A DNA stretch of 64,000 nucleotides from an uncultured Clostridium sp. (GTDB lineage Bacteria; Bacillota; Clostridia; TANB77; CAG-508): assembly GCA_946565805.1 (NCBI GenBank), contig CAMNWO010000005.1:4062-68061 (forward strand), written 5' to 3'. Shown here in pieces: positions 27,863-37,927 of the stretch. A program made the position numbers and the translations under genes. Under the pieces are notes generated by a model. The model saw only the letters and a program-made list of their open reading frames with translations. It was not told the origin of the DNA and searched no databases. Each line of letters starts with the position of its first letter. Positions within the stretch are counted from its first letter, which is position 1.

Positions 27863-28549
27863 TTATAAGTTCTGCATAATTATCGCAATGATAGCGTCCA
27901 TGTTGCCATGCAAAGGATCAAAGCTTCTTAAATAGTCAATCGTCTGCTTTAATGCATCCCAGTCAACATAGAATAAAGGTCCTTCCTCGATAAACTGAAC
28001 TACTCCGAGTTCTTCGACCTCCGGTGTAATGGATACATCTGGATAAGTATCCTTAATTTTTTGATTGGTTTTATCCCAATCATCATGAAGTTTTTTGACC
28101 TCTTGTTTTTTCAGTTCCGTAATCTCTTCCTGAGACTTGCCTTTGTTTATCTCCATAAATTTGGCAAACTTAGCATCGATATCCAGAACCTGATATATCT
28201 TATAGTCTGTTAACAAATGCCAAATATATCCTCGATAAAATGGCTGGTTTCGTTCTTCTGGTGACAGACTATTCCAGCAGAGCATCACATCTGGCTTACT
28301 ACTTAAACCATAGTGTAAGCCTGTTCCAGCGCCCATGACTTCTTTTTGCTGAATACGCTCTTCAAGGTTTGAGAAGTCAGGCATATCTGCTGTCTTAAGA
28401 AACGTGTTGTAATTCTCTTTTGCTCCTGCTATTCCATGAAGTTTAAAGTACTTTTTTAGAATATCTGGCGCTTCTACTCCACGTCTAAAGCTTAAATTTT
28501 TCCGTGTGTTTGGGTTGCAAACTGCTGAATGAACATAATATCCTGGCAT
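27863..28549 (-). CDS. hypothetical His-rich (metal-dependent hydrolase-like?) protein, paralog of 36553-37080
   Basis: GGAGGCA SD before ATG 28549. MPGYYVHSA..GVEAPD..GLHYG..GYIWHLLTD parallels MPSFSIHIA..GNIAPD..SHYD..GYFLHLIAD in the other gene. Confidence 0.4.
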   Translation of the reverse strand: MPGYYVHSAVCNPNTRKNLSFRRGVEAPDILKKYFKLHGIAGAKENYNTFLKTADMPDFSNLEERIQQKEVMGAGTGLHYGLSSKPDVMLCWNSLSPEERNQPFYRGYIWHLLTDYKIYQVLDIDAKFAKFMEINKGKSQEEITELKKQEVKKLHDDWDKTNQKIKDTYPDVSITPEVEELGVVQFIEEGPLFYVDWDALKQTIDYLRSFDPLHGNMDAIIAIIMQNL

Positions 28550-28695
28550 ATAAATGCCTCCTTTCTTTGTGCTTGAACTTTTTAGTTTCAACGGAGATAT
28601 TATAGCATAGTATACATAATTTGTCAATTTTATATCTTTACTTTTTCTTTAATTTGTGATATTATATTTTACATAAATCAAAAGGAGGTATTACT

Positions 28696-29715
28696 ATGGA
28701 TACTATTTCAAATGAAAACTTGTCCAACCTTATCACTCATGCCGAAACTTATGCTATTCTCACGCATAAACGGCCAGATGGAGATGCTATAGCGTCTTCT
28801 TTAGCAATATTCTGGTATCTCATTGATATCGGAAAAAAAACTAGTAACATAGATGTAATCATTCCCGAATTTATGGAAGATTTCTCTTTTATTCAGGGAA
28901 TTGAACATCTAAAAAAGCATCCCACAAAAGACAACTATGATTTGATAATCGTTGTAGATTGTGCAAGCTCAACCTTGTTGGAGGGACTGGATATTTTACA
29001 ACGTTCGAAAACAGTTGTATGCTTTGATCATCACGAAGAAACTTCTATCAATTCTACTTATGAGAGAATTGATACTTCTTCTCCATCATGTACATGCCTA
29101 ATCTACGAAACATTCCATTGTAAGAATGAGAATTTTCTCAACTGTATTGCTATCGGACTAATTTCTGATACAGGAAATTTTACCCTTAATACAGCTCAAA
29201 GAGGAACAGATATTCTTATGGAATTAGCTTGCGCTGGTGTAGACATTGACAACATTACTGCTAAGCTTTCTTCACAAAGCGATAGGACTATGGATCTCGT
29301 CCACCTAGTAAAGTCTAGAGGATATATAGTTCCTACTTATGAAGAAGAAATCTTTTGTACTTATTTGTCGCAAGATGATTTACTCCCTTCCGAGAAGAAT
29401 CTAAACACAGTCAATCATAAAGCTATTATTGCCGAATTACAGAAATTGGTAAAATATTCTTCTTTAATTTTACTGATTGAGAATGATTGTGGAGAACTAA
29501 AAGGCTCTTTGAGAACCTCAAATTCCAAGCTTGATTTAAACGAAATTTGTTGCAGGCTTGTAGCAAAAGGGAAATGTACAAAAGGTGGTGGTCATTCTTA
29601 TTCTTCTGGGTGTACGGTACCTGTTACTTCCTATAAAAACATCAATACTATTTTTGTATGGATTGTTCTGGAAATAGCAAACTATTTATCTGAAAAATAT
29701 AAAAAAGCTCTGTGA
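28696..29715 (+). CDS. DHH/DHHA1 phosphoesterase (NrnA-like)
   Basis: KRPDGDAIASS, CFDHHEE, GGGHSYSSG. Confidence 0.75.
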   Translation: MDTISNENLSNLITHAETYAILTHKRPDGDAIASSLAIFWYLIDIGKKTSNIDVIIPEFMEDFSFIQGIEHLKKHPTKDNYDLIIVVDCASSTLLEGLDILQRSKTVVCFDHHEETSINSTYERIDTSSPSCTCLIYETFHCKNENFLNCIAIGLISDTGNFTLNTAQRGTDILMELACAGVDIDNITAKLSSQSDRTMDLVHLVKSRGYIVPTYEEEIFCTYLSQDDLLPSEKNLNTVNHKAIIAELQKLVKYSSLILLIENDCGELKGSLRTSNSKLDLNEICCRLVAKGKCTKGGGHSYSSGCTVPVTSYKNINTIFVWIVLEIANYLSEKYKKAL

Positions 29716-29736
29716 TTTACATCACAGAGCTTTTTT
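29701..29736. terminator. bidirectional terminator overlapping both stop codons
   Basis: aaaaaagctctgtgat (29701-29716) / atcacagagctttttt (29721-29736), a perfect 16-bp stem. Confidence 0.8.
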
Positions 29737-31486
29737 ATATTTGATATTTTTCTCTTTCTTGATAACTTGTATGTAATAACTTTTCAGCACGATAGCTACC
29801 TGGTTTTTCTAAAAATTCTTCATAAATTTTCTTTACCATTGGATTTTTGTGAGATTTTCTAATCGTACTTTTTTCATCAATTGTATACAAAGCATCTGCT
29901 CTTAACTTTCTAACATCTACTTCTGCTCGTATCTTTGAACTCTTAATTGGTTGGCCTCCTCCCATAACACATCCACCTGGGCAGGCCATAATTTCTACAA
30001 ATTGATAATCTGCTTTTCCTGTTTTTATTTCTTCTAATATTTCTTTTGCATTTGCCAATCCACTTGCTGCAACTACTTTAATGTCTTTTCCTGCAATATT
30101 TATAGTTGCTCTTTTAACACCATCTCCACCACGAACTTGTTCAAAATCAATTTTTTCTAAGTCTTTTCCTGTTAATGTATCTTGTGCTGTACGAAGTGCT
30201 GCTTCCATTACACCTCCTGTTGTTCCAAAAATAGCTGCTGCTCCAGTTGCTTCTCCCATTGGATTATCAAATTTGCTGTCTTCTAACTTTGTAAACTCAA
30301 TATTTGCCTGTTTAATCATTCTAGAAAGTTCACGGGTAGTAATTACATTATCTACATCGCAAAGTCCATTATTTTTCATCTCAGCTCTTTGTCTTTCAAA
30401 CTTTTTAGCAATGCAAGGCATCACTGATACCACATACATCTTTTTAGGATCAATTCCTTCTTTTTTCGCATAATAAGTTTTTAGAAGAGCTCCAAACATT
30501 TGATGTGGTGATTTACAAGTAGATAAATGTGGTAATAATTCTGGATAATTCATTTCTATGTACTTAACCCAACCTGGGCTACATGACGTAATCATTGGAA
30601 GCTGGTCATTTTCTTGGAATCTTTCGATAAATTCATTTGCTTCTTCCATAATCGTAAAGTCTGCACCTGTATTGGTATCAAATACTTTATCAAAGCCTAA
30701 TCTTTTTAGAGAAGTTATCATTTTTCCTGTTACATTTGTACCAATTGGCATATCAAATTCTTCTCCTAAAGCTACTCTTACTGCTGGTGCAGTTTGAACA
30801 ATCACATAAGTATCTGGATCTTTTAATTTAACCCATACATCATCAATCGTCTCTTTTTCATGTAAAGCACCTGTTGGACAAGCTTCAATACATTGACCAC
30901 AAAATGTACAGTTAACATCATTTAGGCTATGGTCTCCCACGGTTGAAATGCAAGAATCAAATCCTCTATTAATACAGTCAATCGCTCCTATTTTTTGCAC
31001 ATTCTTACAAGCTGCTACACATCTTCTACATAAAATACATTTGTTAAAATCTCTTACAATAGATGGAGATACATCATCAATTTGATGTTCCATTCTTTCT
31101 CCTTCAAATTCTACTTTGGAAATATTAAATTTAGTAGCTAAAGCTTGTAATTCACAATTGCCAGAACGAGTGCAAGTTAAACAATCTTTGGCATGGTTGG
31201 ATATAATCAAATCTAATATAACATGTCTTGCTTCCATTACATTTGGTGTATTCGTATGTACTACCATTCCTTCTTCTACCTTTTGAATACAAGAAGTAGC
31301 AAATCCTCTTCTGCCTTCCACTTCTACAATACACATCCTGCAATCTCCCACTTCATTGATGTCTTTTAGAAAGCATAAAGTTGGAATGTCAATTCCTGCT
31401 TGTCTTGCAGCTTGTAAAATAGTAGTTCCTTTTTCTACTTTTACATCTTGATTATCTATGGTTAAGGTTACTAGATTTCCTTCCAT
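29735..31486 (-). CDS. hydA: [FeFe] hydrogenase catalytic subunit
   Basis: H-cluster motifs TSCSPGW, MPCIAKKFE, EIMACPGGCVMGGGQP; N-terminal 2Fe-2S and 4Fe-4S Cys clusters. Confidence 0.93.
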   Translation of the reverse strand: MEGNLVTLTIDNQDVKVEKGTTILQAARQAGIDIPTLCFLKDINEVGDCRMCIVEVEGRRGFATSCIQKVEEGMVVHTNTPNVMEARHVILDLIISNHAKDCLTCTRSGNCELQALATKFNISKVEFEGERMEHQIDDVSPSIVRDFNKCILCRRCVAACKNVQKIGAIDCINRGFDSCISTVGDHSLNDVNCTFCGQCIEACPTGALHEKETIDDVWVKLKDPDTYVIVQTAPAVRVALGEEFDMPIGTNVTGKMITSLKRLGFDKVFDTNTGADFTIMEEANEFIERFQENDQLPMITSCSPGWVKYIEMNYPELLPHLSTCKSPHQMFGALLKTYYAKKEGIDPKKMYVVSVMPCIAKKFERQRAEMKNNGLCDVDNVITTRELSRMIKQANIEFTKLEDSKFDNPMGEATGAAAIFGTTGGVMEAALRTAQDTLTGKDLEKIDFEQVRGGDGVKRATINIAGKDIKVVAASGLANAKEILEEIKTGKADYQFVEIMACPGGCVMGGGQPIKSSKIRAEVDVRKLRADALYTIDEKSTIRKSHKNPMVKKIYEEFLEKPGSYRAEKLLHTSYQEREKYQI

Positions 31487-31500
31487 TGTTTTTTCCTCCT

Positions 31501-31611
31501 AGCGATGTTTTTTGGGACGGGGTCAAAAAACATCATCTTAATCTCTTTTTATTATTCATTTTATTTTTCTAGGAAAAGCGATGTTTTTTGACCCCGTCCC
31601 AAAAAACATCG
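31501..31611. repeat. GC-rich palindromic element, family D, filling the hydB-hydA intercistronic gap
   Basis: Arm agcgatgttttttgggacggggtcaaaaaacatc (31501-31534) and arm agcgatgttttttgaccccgtcccaaaaaacatcg (31577-31611). Each arm is itself a hairpin, and the two arms are mutually complementary. Confidence 0.85.
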
Positions 31612-31612
31612 T

Positions 31613-33472
31613 TTAGTTTCCAATTGCTTTAAATGGACAACTTGCTAAGCAAGTACCACATTTAATACATTTTTCTTGGTCAATTACTCTTTTCTCTCTT
31701 GCTTCTCCTTGAATTGCATTAACTGGGCAAGATTTTTGACATAAGCCACAACCTTTGCATTTTTCTTCGTTAATTGTAATTTTAGACATTGCTTTGCATT
31801 CTAAAGCTCTACAATTTTTATAAACAGCATGTTCTTTAAATTCTTCTCTAAAATATTTTAGTGTGCTAATTACTGGATTTGGTGCACTTTGTCCCAGTCC
31901 GCATATACTTGCTTTTTGAATGTTGGAAGCTAGCTTTTCTAATTTATAAATATCTAATTCTGTTCCTTCTCCATTGCATAATTTTTCTAATATTTCAAGC
32001 ATTCTTTTGGTTCCTATACGACAAGGTGTACATTTTCCGCAGCTTTCACTTACTGTAAATTCTAAATAGAATTTAGCAAGTGATACCATACATTTTGTAT
32101 CATCCATGACAATAAGTCCACCTGACCCCATCATAGATCCAATTTCTTTTAAAGATTCATAATCAATTGGTGTATCTAAATGTTCTTTTGGAATACATCC
32201 ACCAGAAGGTCCTCCTGTTTGTGCTGCTTTAAAGTCTCTTCCATTTGGAATACCACCACCAATTTCGTATACAATTTCTCGTAATGTAGTTCCCATAGGA
32301 ACTTCTACAAGTCCAATGTTGTTGACATTTCCACCCAAAGCAAATACTTTTGTTCCTTTGGAATTTTCTGTTCCTATAGAAGAGTACCATTCACTTCCCT
32401 TTAAAATAATTTGTGCAATATTAGCATAAGTTTCTACATTATTAATTAAAGTTGGTTTTCCCCATAACCCTTCTTGTGCTGGATATGGTGGCTTTACACG
32501 TGGTTGACCACGTTTTCCTTCAATAGATTCTAAAAGAGCTGTTTCTTCTCCACAAACAAAAGCTCCTGCTCCTAGTCTTATTTCGATATCAAAATCAAAA
32601 TTTGTGTTAAAAATATGCTTTCCTAATAAACCATATTCTCTCGCTTGTTTAATAGCAATCTCTAAACGTTTTACAGCGATTGGATACTCAGCCCTTACAT
32701 AAATATATCCTTTATCTGCTCCAATACAATAAGCTGCAATTGCCATAGCTTCTAATACAGAATGAGGGTCTCCTTCTAAGATACTTCTATCCATAAAAGC
32801 TCCTGGATCACCTTCATCGGCATTACACACAACATATTTTTGTTTTCCATCTGAAGCCTTTGTTAATTCCCACTTCTTTCCAGTTGGAAAACCTGCTCCA
32901 CCTCTACCACGTATCCCTGATTTTGTAATTTCTTCAATCACTTCATCTTGAGACATTTGAGTTACTACCTTCTCTAACGCTTGATATCCGTCAAACGCAA
33001 GATACTCATCAATATCTTCTGGATTAATAACACCACAATTTTTAAGAGCAATTCTTTTTTGTTTTTTATAGAAATTCAAATCATCCAAACGATTTACTTT
33101 TGTACCATCAATATCTTTTGCTAATAGTCTTTCTACTTTGTTTCCTTCCACAATATGTGTTTGTATAATCTCTTCACAGTCCCCTGGTTCTACCATAGCA
33201 TAAAAGGTATCTTCTGGTCTTATAATTACAATAGGACCTTTCGCACAAAGACCAAAACATCCTGTTTTAATTACTCTTACATTTTTGATATCTTTTTCTT
33301 TTATAATTCTTTTAAATGTTTCTAATATTTCTGGTGATTTAGATGATGTACATCCCGTTCCTTGGCAAACCAGAATATGTTTTTCTCTTGTATCTGCTTT
33401 TGTATTAACTCTTAAATCTAGTTCTTTTCTTTTTTCTTCTCTAATTTGTTGAAGTTCTTTTGTTGTTTTCAT
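31613..33472 (-). CDS. hydB: hydrogenase NuoF-like flavoprotein subunit
   Basis: GRGGAGFPTGKKW and C-terminal CKGCGLCQKSCP / CIKCGTCLASCP. The true start is ATG 33472, after AAGGAGG; the track's 16-aa extension is a translated repeat arm. Confidence 0.9.
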   Translation of the reverse strand: MKTTKELQQIREEKRKELDLRVNTKADTREKHILVCQGTGCTSSKSPEILETFKRIIKEKDIKNVRVIKTGCFGLCAKGPIVIIRPEDTFYAMVEPGDCEEIIQTHIVEGNKVERLLAKDIDGTKVNRLDDLNFYKKQKRIALKNCGVINPEDIDEYLAFDGYQALEKVVTQMSQDEVIEEITKSGIRGRGGAGFPTGKKWELTKASDGKQKYVVCNADEGDPGAFMDRSILEGDPHSVLEAMAIAAYCIGADKGYIYVRAEYPIAVKRLEIAIKQAREYGLLGKHIFNTNFDFDIEIRLGAGAFVCGEETALLESIEGKRGQPRVKPPYPAQEGLWGKPTLINNVETYANIAQIILKGSEWYSSIGTENSKGTKVFALGGNVNNIGLVEVPMGTTLREIVYEIGGGIPNGRDFKAAQTGGPSGGCIPKEHLDTPIDYESLKEIGSMMGSGGLIVMDDTKCMVSLAKFYLEFTVSESCGKCTPCRIGTKRMLEILEKLCNGEGTELDIYKLEKLASNIQKASICGLGQSAPNPVISTLKYFREEFKEHAVYKNCRALECKAMSKITINEEKCKGCGLCQKSCPVNAIQGEAREKRVIDQEKCIKCGTCLASCPFKAIGN

Positions 33473-33488
33473 AAAAATCCTCCTTTTT

Positions 33489-33568
33489 GAGACACTGGGG
33501 ACAGGTCTATTTTGTCTCATATTTCTTGTTTAATTTATGAGACAGATGAGACCTGTCCCTACTGTCTC
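33489..33568. repeat. GC-rich palindromic element, family A, in the hydC-hydB gap
   Basis: gagacactggggacaggtctattttgtctcat (33489-33520) and the imperfect reverse complement atgagacagatgagacctgtccctactgtctc (33537-33568). It overlaps the last codons and stop of hydC. Confidence 0.8.
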
Positions 33569-34044
33569 ATTAGCTTATCTAATACTTGGTCTAGCTTTTG
33601 AACAGTAGCTTTTCCATATACTTCTCCATTTACAGTAAATACTGGTGCTAGCCCACAAGCTCCTACACATCTAGTTTCTTCAATGGAAAACATTCCATCT
33701 TCAGTTGTTTCCCCTGGCTGAATTTTTAATCTTTCTAGTAATCTGTCCATTATTTTCTGTGATCCTTTTACAAAACATGCTGTACCTAAACATACTGATA
33801 TATTGTATTTTCCTTTTGGCTTTAATGAAAATCTGGAATAAAAAGTAACAACACCATAAATTTCTGCCATTGGAATAGATAAAAATTCAGATAGCTCTTT
33901 TTGAACTTCCATTGGTACATATCCATAATGCTCTTGTATTTCATTTAACATTTGAATTAAATTGTCTTTGATTGGTTGGTATTCTAAAAAAAGTTCTTCT
34001 ATAAATTTATCTTTTTGATTTTCTCCACATCCACATTCACACAT
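33559..34044 (-). CDS. hydC: hydrogenase NuoE-like 2Fe-2S subunit
   Basis: CLGTACFVKG ... CVGACGLAPV; 161 aa. Confidence 0.88.
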   Translation of the reverse strand: MCECGCGENQKDKFIEELFLEYQPIKDNLIQMLNEIQEHYGYVPMEVQKELSEFLSIPMAEIYGVVTFYSRFSLKPKGKYNISVCLGTACFVKGSQKIMDRLLERLKIQPGETTEDGMFSIEETRCVGACGLAPVFTVNGEVYGKATVQKLDQVLDKLMRQ

Positions 34045-34237
34045 ATTTTTTCCTCCCTTTAATACTATGTTATTAAATCATTGTCTAAATTATATCAAAC
34101 CAATTTTTTTTATACAATGCTTTTTAGAAATTTTGCATTTTTTGTCGCTTTTTGTTAACTATTGTTATTTTTCTATTGACATTTTATTTTGAAAATGCGA
34201 AAATATAGTTACATAAAAATAAAAGGAGGATTTTGAA

Positions 34238-34741
34238 ATGGGATATGATTATTCTACTTATTACAGTAATTACAACTATAATTATGATATGCCTACTACT
34301 CTTGTGACAGCAATACTTGGTGCTTTAATGGTTTATTTATTTATTATTTTAGTGATTGCTGTTATTCAATTAATTGCTATGTGGAAGCTATACAAAAAAG
34401 CAGGAGAAAAAGGTTGGAAATCAATTGTTCCAATTTATAATCTTGTAATCTTATTTAAGATTTCTGGCCTTTCACCTTGGCTAATTTTTGCTTATTTCGC
34501 AATTATCATTCCATTTATTGGATGGCTTGTACCAATCGCTTTAAATGCTGTTTTATCTTATAAACTAGCAAAGTCTTATGGAAAAGATGGTGGTTGGGCT
34601 GTTGGTCTTTACTTCTTACCAACTATTTTCTATATGATTTTAGCATTTGGAAAATCTCAATATGTTGGACCAGGTGGAGAAACTGTAACTTGTGAAGATA
34701 ATGTGATTGTTGAAAACAATAATGAAAATACAGAAAATTAA
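34238..34741 (+). CDS. small membrane protein, DUF5684-like
   Basis: MWKLYKKAGEKGWKSIVPIYNLVILFKISG resembles the signature of that family; 3-4 TM segments. Confidence 0.45.
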   Translation: MGYDYSTYYSNYNYNYDMPTTLVTAILGALMVYLFIILVIAVIQLIAMWKLYKKAGEKGWKSIVPIYNLVILFKISGLSPWLIFAYFAIIIPFIGWLVPIALNAVLSYKLAKSYGKDGGWAVGLYFLPTIFYMILAFGKSQYVGPGGETVTCEDNVIVENNNENTEN

Positions 34742-34770
34742 AAAGAAGGTCTTTATAAAGACCTTCTTTT
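34741..34770. terminator. bidirectional terminator
   Basis: aaaagaaggtcttta / taaagaccttctttt, a perfect palindrome overlapping the ispH stop. Confidence 0.75.
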
Positions 34771-35604
34771 TAAAAATTCAATTACTTCGTCTATATTTTC
34801 TTTTGGTGTTGATGCACCAGCCATAATTCCTACTTTAATAGGACTTTCTTCTGTTTTTAATTCTTGAACATTTTCTATTAAAACAGTATTTTTACAATTT
34901 TTCTTTGCTATTTCATATATCTTTTTAGTATTAAAACTATTCTTTCCGCCAATAATAATCATCATATTTACTTTTTTAGAAATTTCTTCTGTTTCTCTTT
35001 GTCTTAATTCTGTTGCTTTACAAATCGTATTTTTAACTATTAGCTTTACATCTTTTTGTAGTTTGTCTTTCAGTAACTGTTCTATCTTTTGAAATCTTTG
35101 TAAACTATATGTCGTTTGTAAAATCACAAGTAATTTCTTTTTATTGGTTTTTTGAAAAGCTTGCATTGCTACTTCAAATTCTTCTTCTTTTTCAAAAATA
35201 TAATAGTCTTTACCACAATGACTTATCGTCCCAATATTTTCTGGATGGTTCTTTTCTCCTAACAAAAAGATAAAATATCCCTTTTCTTTGTATTTTTCAG
35301 CAATTTTATGAACTTTTAAAACATTTGGACAAGTATAGTCTTGTATCTTTATCTTCTCTTTTCTTGCTGTTTCATATATTTCCCTTGGTGCTCCATGTGC
35401 TCGAATCAGAATATTTTCATTAGCCTCTTCGATTGTGTCAATACATTTTATCCCTAAATTTTCTAAATTTTGGACCACCTGCTTATTATGTACAATGTCA
35501 CCCAAACAGCAAATATGTCCTTTTCTACTTTCTAATACTGCACCTTCAACAGCTCTTTTAACACCATAGCAAAATCCTGCTGTTTTTCCTACTAGTATTT
35601 CCAT
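34753..35604 (-). CDS. ispH: 4-hydroxy-3-methylbut-2-enyl diphosphate reductase
   Basis: GFCYGVKRAV; 283 aa; conserved Cys and His positions. Confidence 0.88.
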   Translation of the reverse strand: MEILVGKTAGFCYGVKRAVEGAVLESRKGHICCLGDIVHNKQVVQNLENLGIKCIDTIEEANENILIRAHGAPREIYETARKEKIKIQDYTCPNVLKVHKIAEKYKEKGYFIFLLGEKNHPENIGTISHCGKDYYIFEKEEEFEVAMQAFQKTNKKKLLVILQTTYSLQRFQKIEQLLKDKLQKDVKLIVKNTICKATELRQRETEEISKKVNMMIIIGGKNSFNTKKIYEIAKKNCKNTVLIENVQELKTEESPIKVGIMAGASTPKENIDEVIEFLKRRSL

Positions 35605-35633
35605 CGTTTTTGTTCCCTTCTGTTACTAACTGT

Positions 35634-36542
35634 TTAATTCATTTCGACAGTTCCTACAATACTATTGATATCTTCAATGTTGTGTTTTTTCATATAATTT
35701 TCAATCCCTTCAACTGTATTTACACTTATATATGGATTAATAAAGTTTCCTGCTCCAATTGAAATAGCATTGGCACCAGCTAACATAAATTCAATAGCAT
35801 CCTCGCCATTTACAATTCCTCCCATTCCAAGAACAGGAATATTAACTGCTTGTGCTACTTGATAAACCATACGAACTGCTACTGGTTTAATAGCTGGACC
35901 TGAAAGTCCTCCTGTATTATTAGCAAGAACTGGTCTCCTTTTGTCGATATCAATTTTCATTCCTAATAAAGTGTTAATTAAAGATACCCCATCTGCTCCT
36001 GCATCTTCTACTGCTTTGGCAATAGAAGCAATATCAGTAACATTTGGTGTCAATTTTACGATTAGCGGTTTGTCTAATACTTTTCTTACTGCTGAAGTTA
36101 CTTGTTTTACTCCTTCATAAGTATTTCCAAATGCCATGCATCCTGCTTTTACATTTGGGCATGATAGATTTAATTCTACACCATCAATGTCTAATGTATT
36201 TAATACTTTGCAAAGTTCTACATATTCTTCGACACTTTTTCCAATTGCATTAACAATAATAGCTGTATCAAACTTTTTCAGGAATGGTAAATCATTTTGT
36301 GCAAAATATTCAATTCCTGGATTTTGTAAGCCAATACTATTTAACATTCCACTGGCTGTTTCATAAACTCTAGAAGGTTTATTTCCACTCCAAGGTTTTA
36401 AGGCTGTTCCTTTTGTGATAATTCCGCCTAATTTGCTTAAGTCAAAAAAGTTACTAAATTCTCTTCCATAACCAAATGTTCCTGATGCTACTGTTACTGG
36501 ATTTTTCATTTTTATTCCTGCTAAATCTACTTGTGTGTTCAT
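35634..36542 (-). CDS. pyrD: dihydroorotate dehydrogenase B, catalytic subunit
   Basis: LNLSCPNVK, GGLSGPAIKPVA; 302 aa. Confidence 0.93.
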   Translation of the reverse strand: MNTQVDLAGIKMKNPVTVASGTFGYGREFSNFFDLSKLGGIITKGTALKPWSGNKPSRVYETASGMLNSIGLQNPGIEYFAQNDLPFLKKFDTAIIVNAIGKSVEEYVELCKVLNTLDIDGVELNLSCPNVKAGCMAFGNTYEGVKQVTSAVRKVLDKPLIVKLTPNVTDIASIAKAVEDAGADGVSLINTLLGMKIDIDKRRPVLANNTGGLSGPAIKPVAVRMVYQVAQAVNIPVLGMGGIVNGEDAIEFMLAGANAISIGAGNFINPYISVNTVEGIENYMKKHNIEDINSIVGTVEMN

Positions 36543-36552
36543 TCTTTCCTCC

Positions 36553-37080
36553 TTATATTATTGGATTTTCATTGTTCTTTATTTCTTTTTCCTGCTCTTT
36601 CAAAGATATTTTACTTAAATCATCTATAAATTTCTTTACCTTTTCGAAATCAAGAAATTGTGTTTTTTCTTCCAATGTGATATCAAAATATTTCTCCGCT
36701 TCTTCTGGCACCTCTTTTATTTTATACTTCTCAATAATTGGTTTATTTAAGCAATCCCAATCATGATAAAAATCTGTATTGCTTTTCTTAGCAACCATGC
36801 ACTCTTTTCTAAATATCTTATGATAAAAAAGTTCATCTGCAATTAAATGCAAAAAGTATCCTTTTCCATAATCTGAATGAATATCTATTTCAGTTTGTTC
36901 AACAAATTTAGATAATCCACTATGTCTTTCAGCATAATTATCATAATGGCTTTCATATTTATTGCTACTCAAATCTGGTGCAATGTTCCCCTTAATAAAA
37001 TTTTCTTTACTTCCAATTTCATTTGGATGACATCTCATATATTCGTTCGCTATTGCTATATGAATACTAAAGCTTGGCAT
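36553..37080 (-). CDS. hypothetical His-rich protein embedded in the pyr operon (paralog of 27863-28549)
   Basis: 175-aa ORF between pyrK and pyrD with 10- and 15-nt gaps; shares the motifs listed for 27863-28549. Confidence 0.4.
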   Translation of the reverse strand: MPSFSIHIAIANEYMRCHPNEIGSKENFIKGNIAPDLSSNKYESHYDNYAERHSGLSKFVEQTEIDIHSDYGKGYFLHLIADELFYHKIFRKECMVAKKSNTDFYHDWDCLNKPIIEKYKIKEVPEEAEKYFDITLEEKTQFLDFEKVKKFIDDLSKISLKEQEKEIKNNENPII

Positions 37081-37095
37081 TTTACTTTCCTCTTT

Positions 37096-37887
37096 CTATA
37101 TTTCTACATCTTTGGCATTAAACACAGGTCCTGCTTTACAAACATGCCAATATTCTGGGTTATCAGCTGAGCTTTTGGCAGTTTTAACTGCACATCCCAA
37201 ACATACACCTAAACCACATGCCATCTTTTCTTCTAATGAAATTTGGCATGGAATATCTTTTTCCATTGCTAATTTTTGCACTGCTTTTAGCATAGGTAAT
37301 GGACCACAAGCATAAATAGCATCTACTTTATCTGCTTCGATATCTTCTTTTAAATAATTAATAGCAAAACCTTTTTCAGCATAACTTCCATCATCTGTTG
37401 TTACTACAAGTTTATTAGACACTTCTTTAAATTCTTTTTCTACTACAACAAAATCTTTACTTCTAAAACCTAAATAAGTAGAAACATTTTTATTATCTTC
37501 TTTTGCACATTTTGCTAGCTCATACAATGGAAATACTCCAATTCCTCCACCAATAATAGCAATATTTTGATAATTTTCGTATTTAAAAGTTCCATAACCA
37601 ATTGGTCCTATGATGTCAATTTCTTTTCCTACTTCTCTTTTCGCCAAAATTTCAGTTCCTTTTCCTTTCACTTGGAAAATAAATTCTAAAATACCATTCT
37701 CTCTGTCTAAGTTATAAATACTAATTGGTCTTCTTAAAAAAGGTTCTGTTTGGTCTGTTACTCTTATTTCTATAAAGTTTCCTGGCTTGGCTTCTTTTAC
37801 TATATTAGGTGCTTTTACACTATATTTAAATATGTCTGGTTTTAATTGTTCTTTTTTTACTAATTCTGCAAATACTTGCTTTGACAT
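37096..37887 (-). CDS. pyrK: dihydroorotate dehydrogenase B electron-transfer subunit
   Basis: FAD/NAD-binding fold (RRPISI, GGGIGVFP) and the C-terminal 2Fe-2S motif CGLGVCLGCAV...C. Confidence 0.9.
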   Translation of the reverse strand: MSKQVFAELVKKEQLKPDIFKYSVKAPNIVKEAKPGNFIEIRVTDQTEPFLRRPISIYNLDRENGILEFIFQVKGKGTEILAKREVGKEIDIIGPIGYGTFKYENYQNIAIIGGGIGVFPLYELAKCAKEDNKNVSTYLGFRSKDFVVVEKEFKEVSNKLVVTTDDGSYAEKGFAINYLKEDIEADKVDAIYACGPLPMLKAVQKLAMEKDIPCQISLEEKMACGLGVCLGCAVKTAKSSADNPEYWHVCKAGPVFNAKDVEI

Positions 37888-37927
37888 AATTTTTCCTCCT
37901 TCTAAATTATAATCTATTACATCAGTA

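Noticed and set aside
33473-33520. ORFs or extensions beginning MRQNRPVPSVS / MRHSRPVPTVS and similar (also 58326-58559, 26937-27212 and the tail of 41970-42362).
   Set aside because: These peptides are translations of the GGGGACAGGTCT-type repeat arms, not genes. hydB has a proper SD and ATG at 33472.
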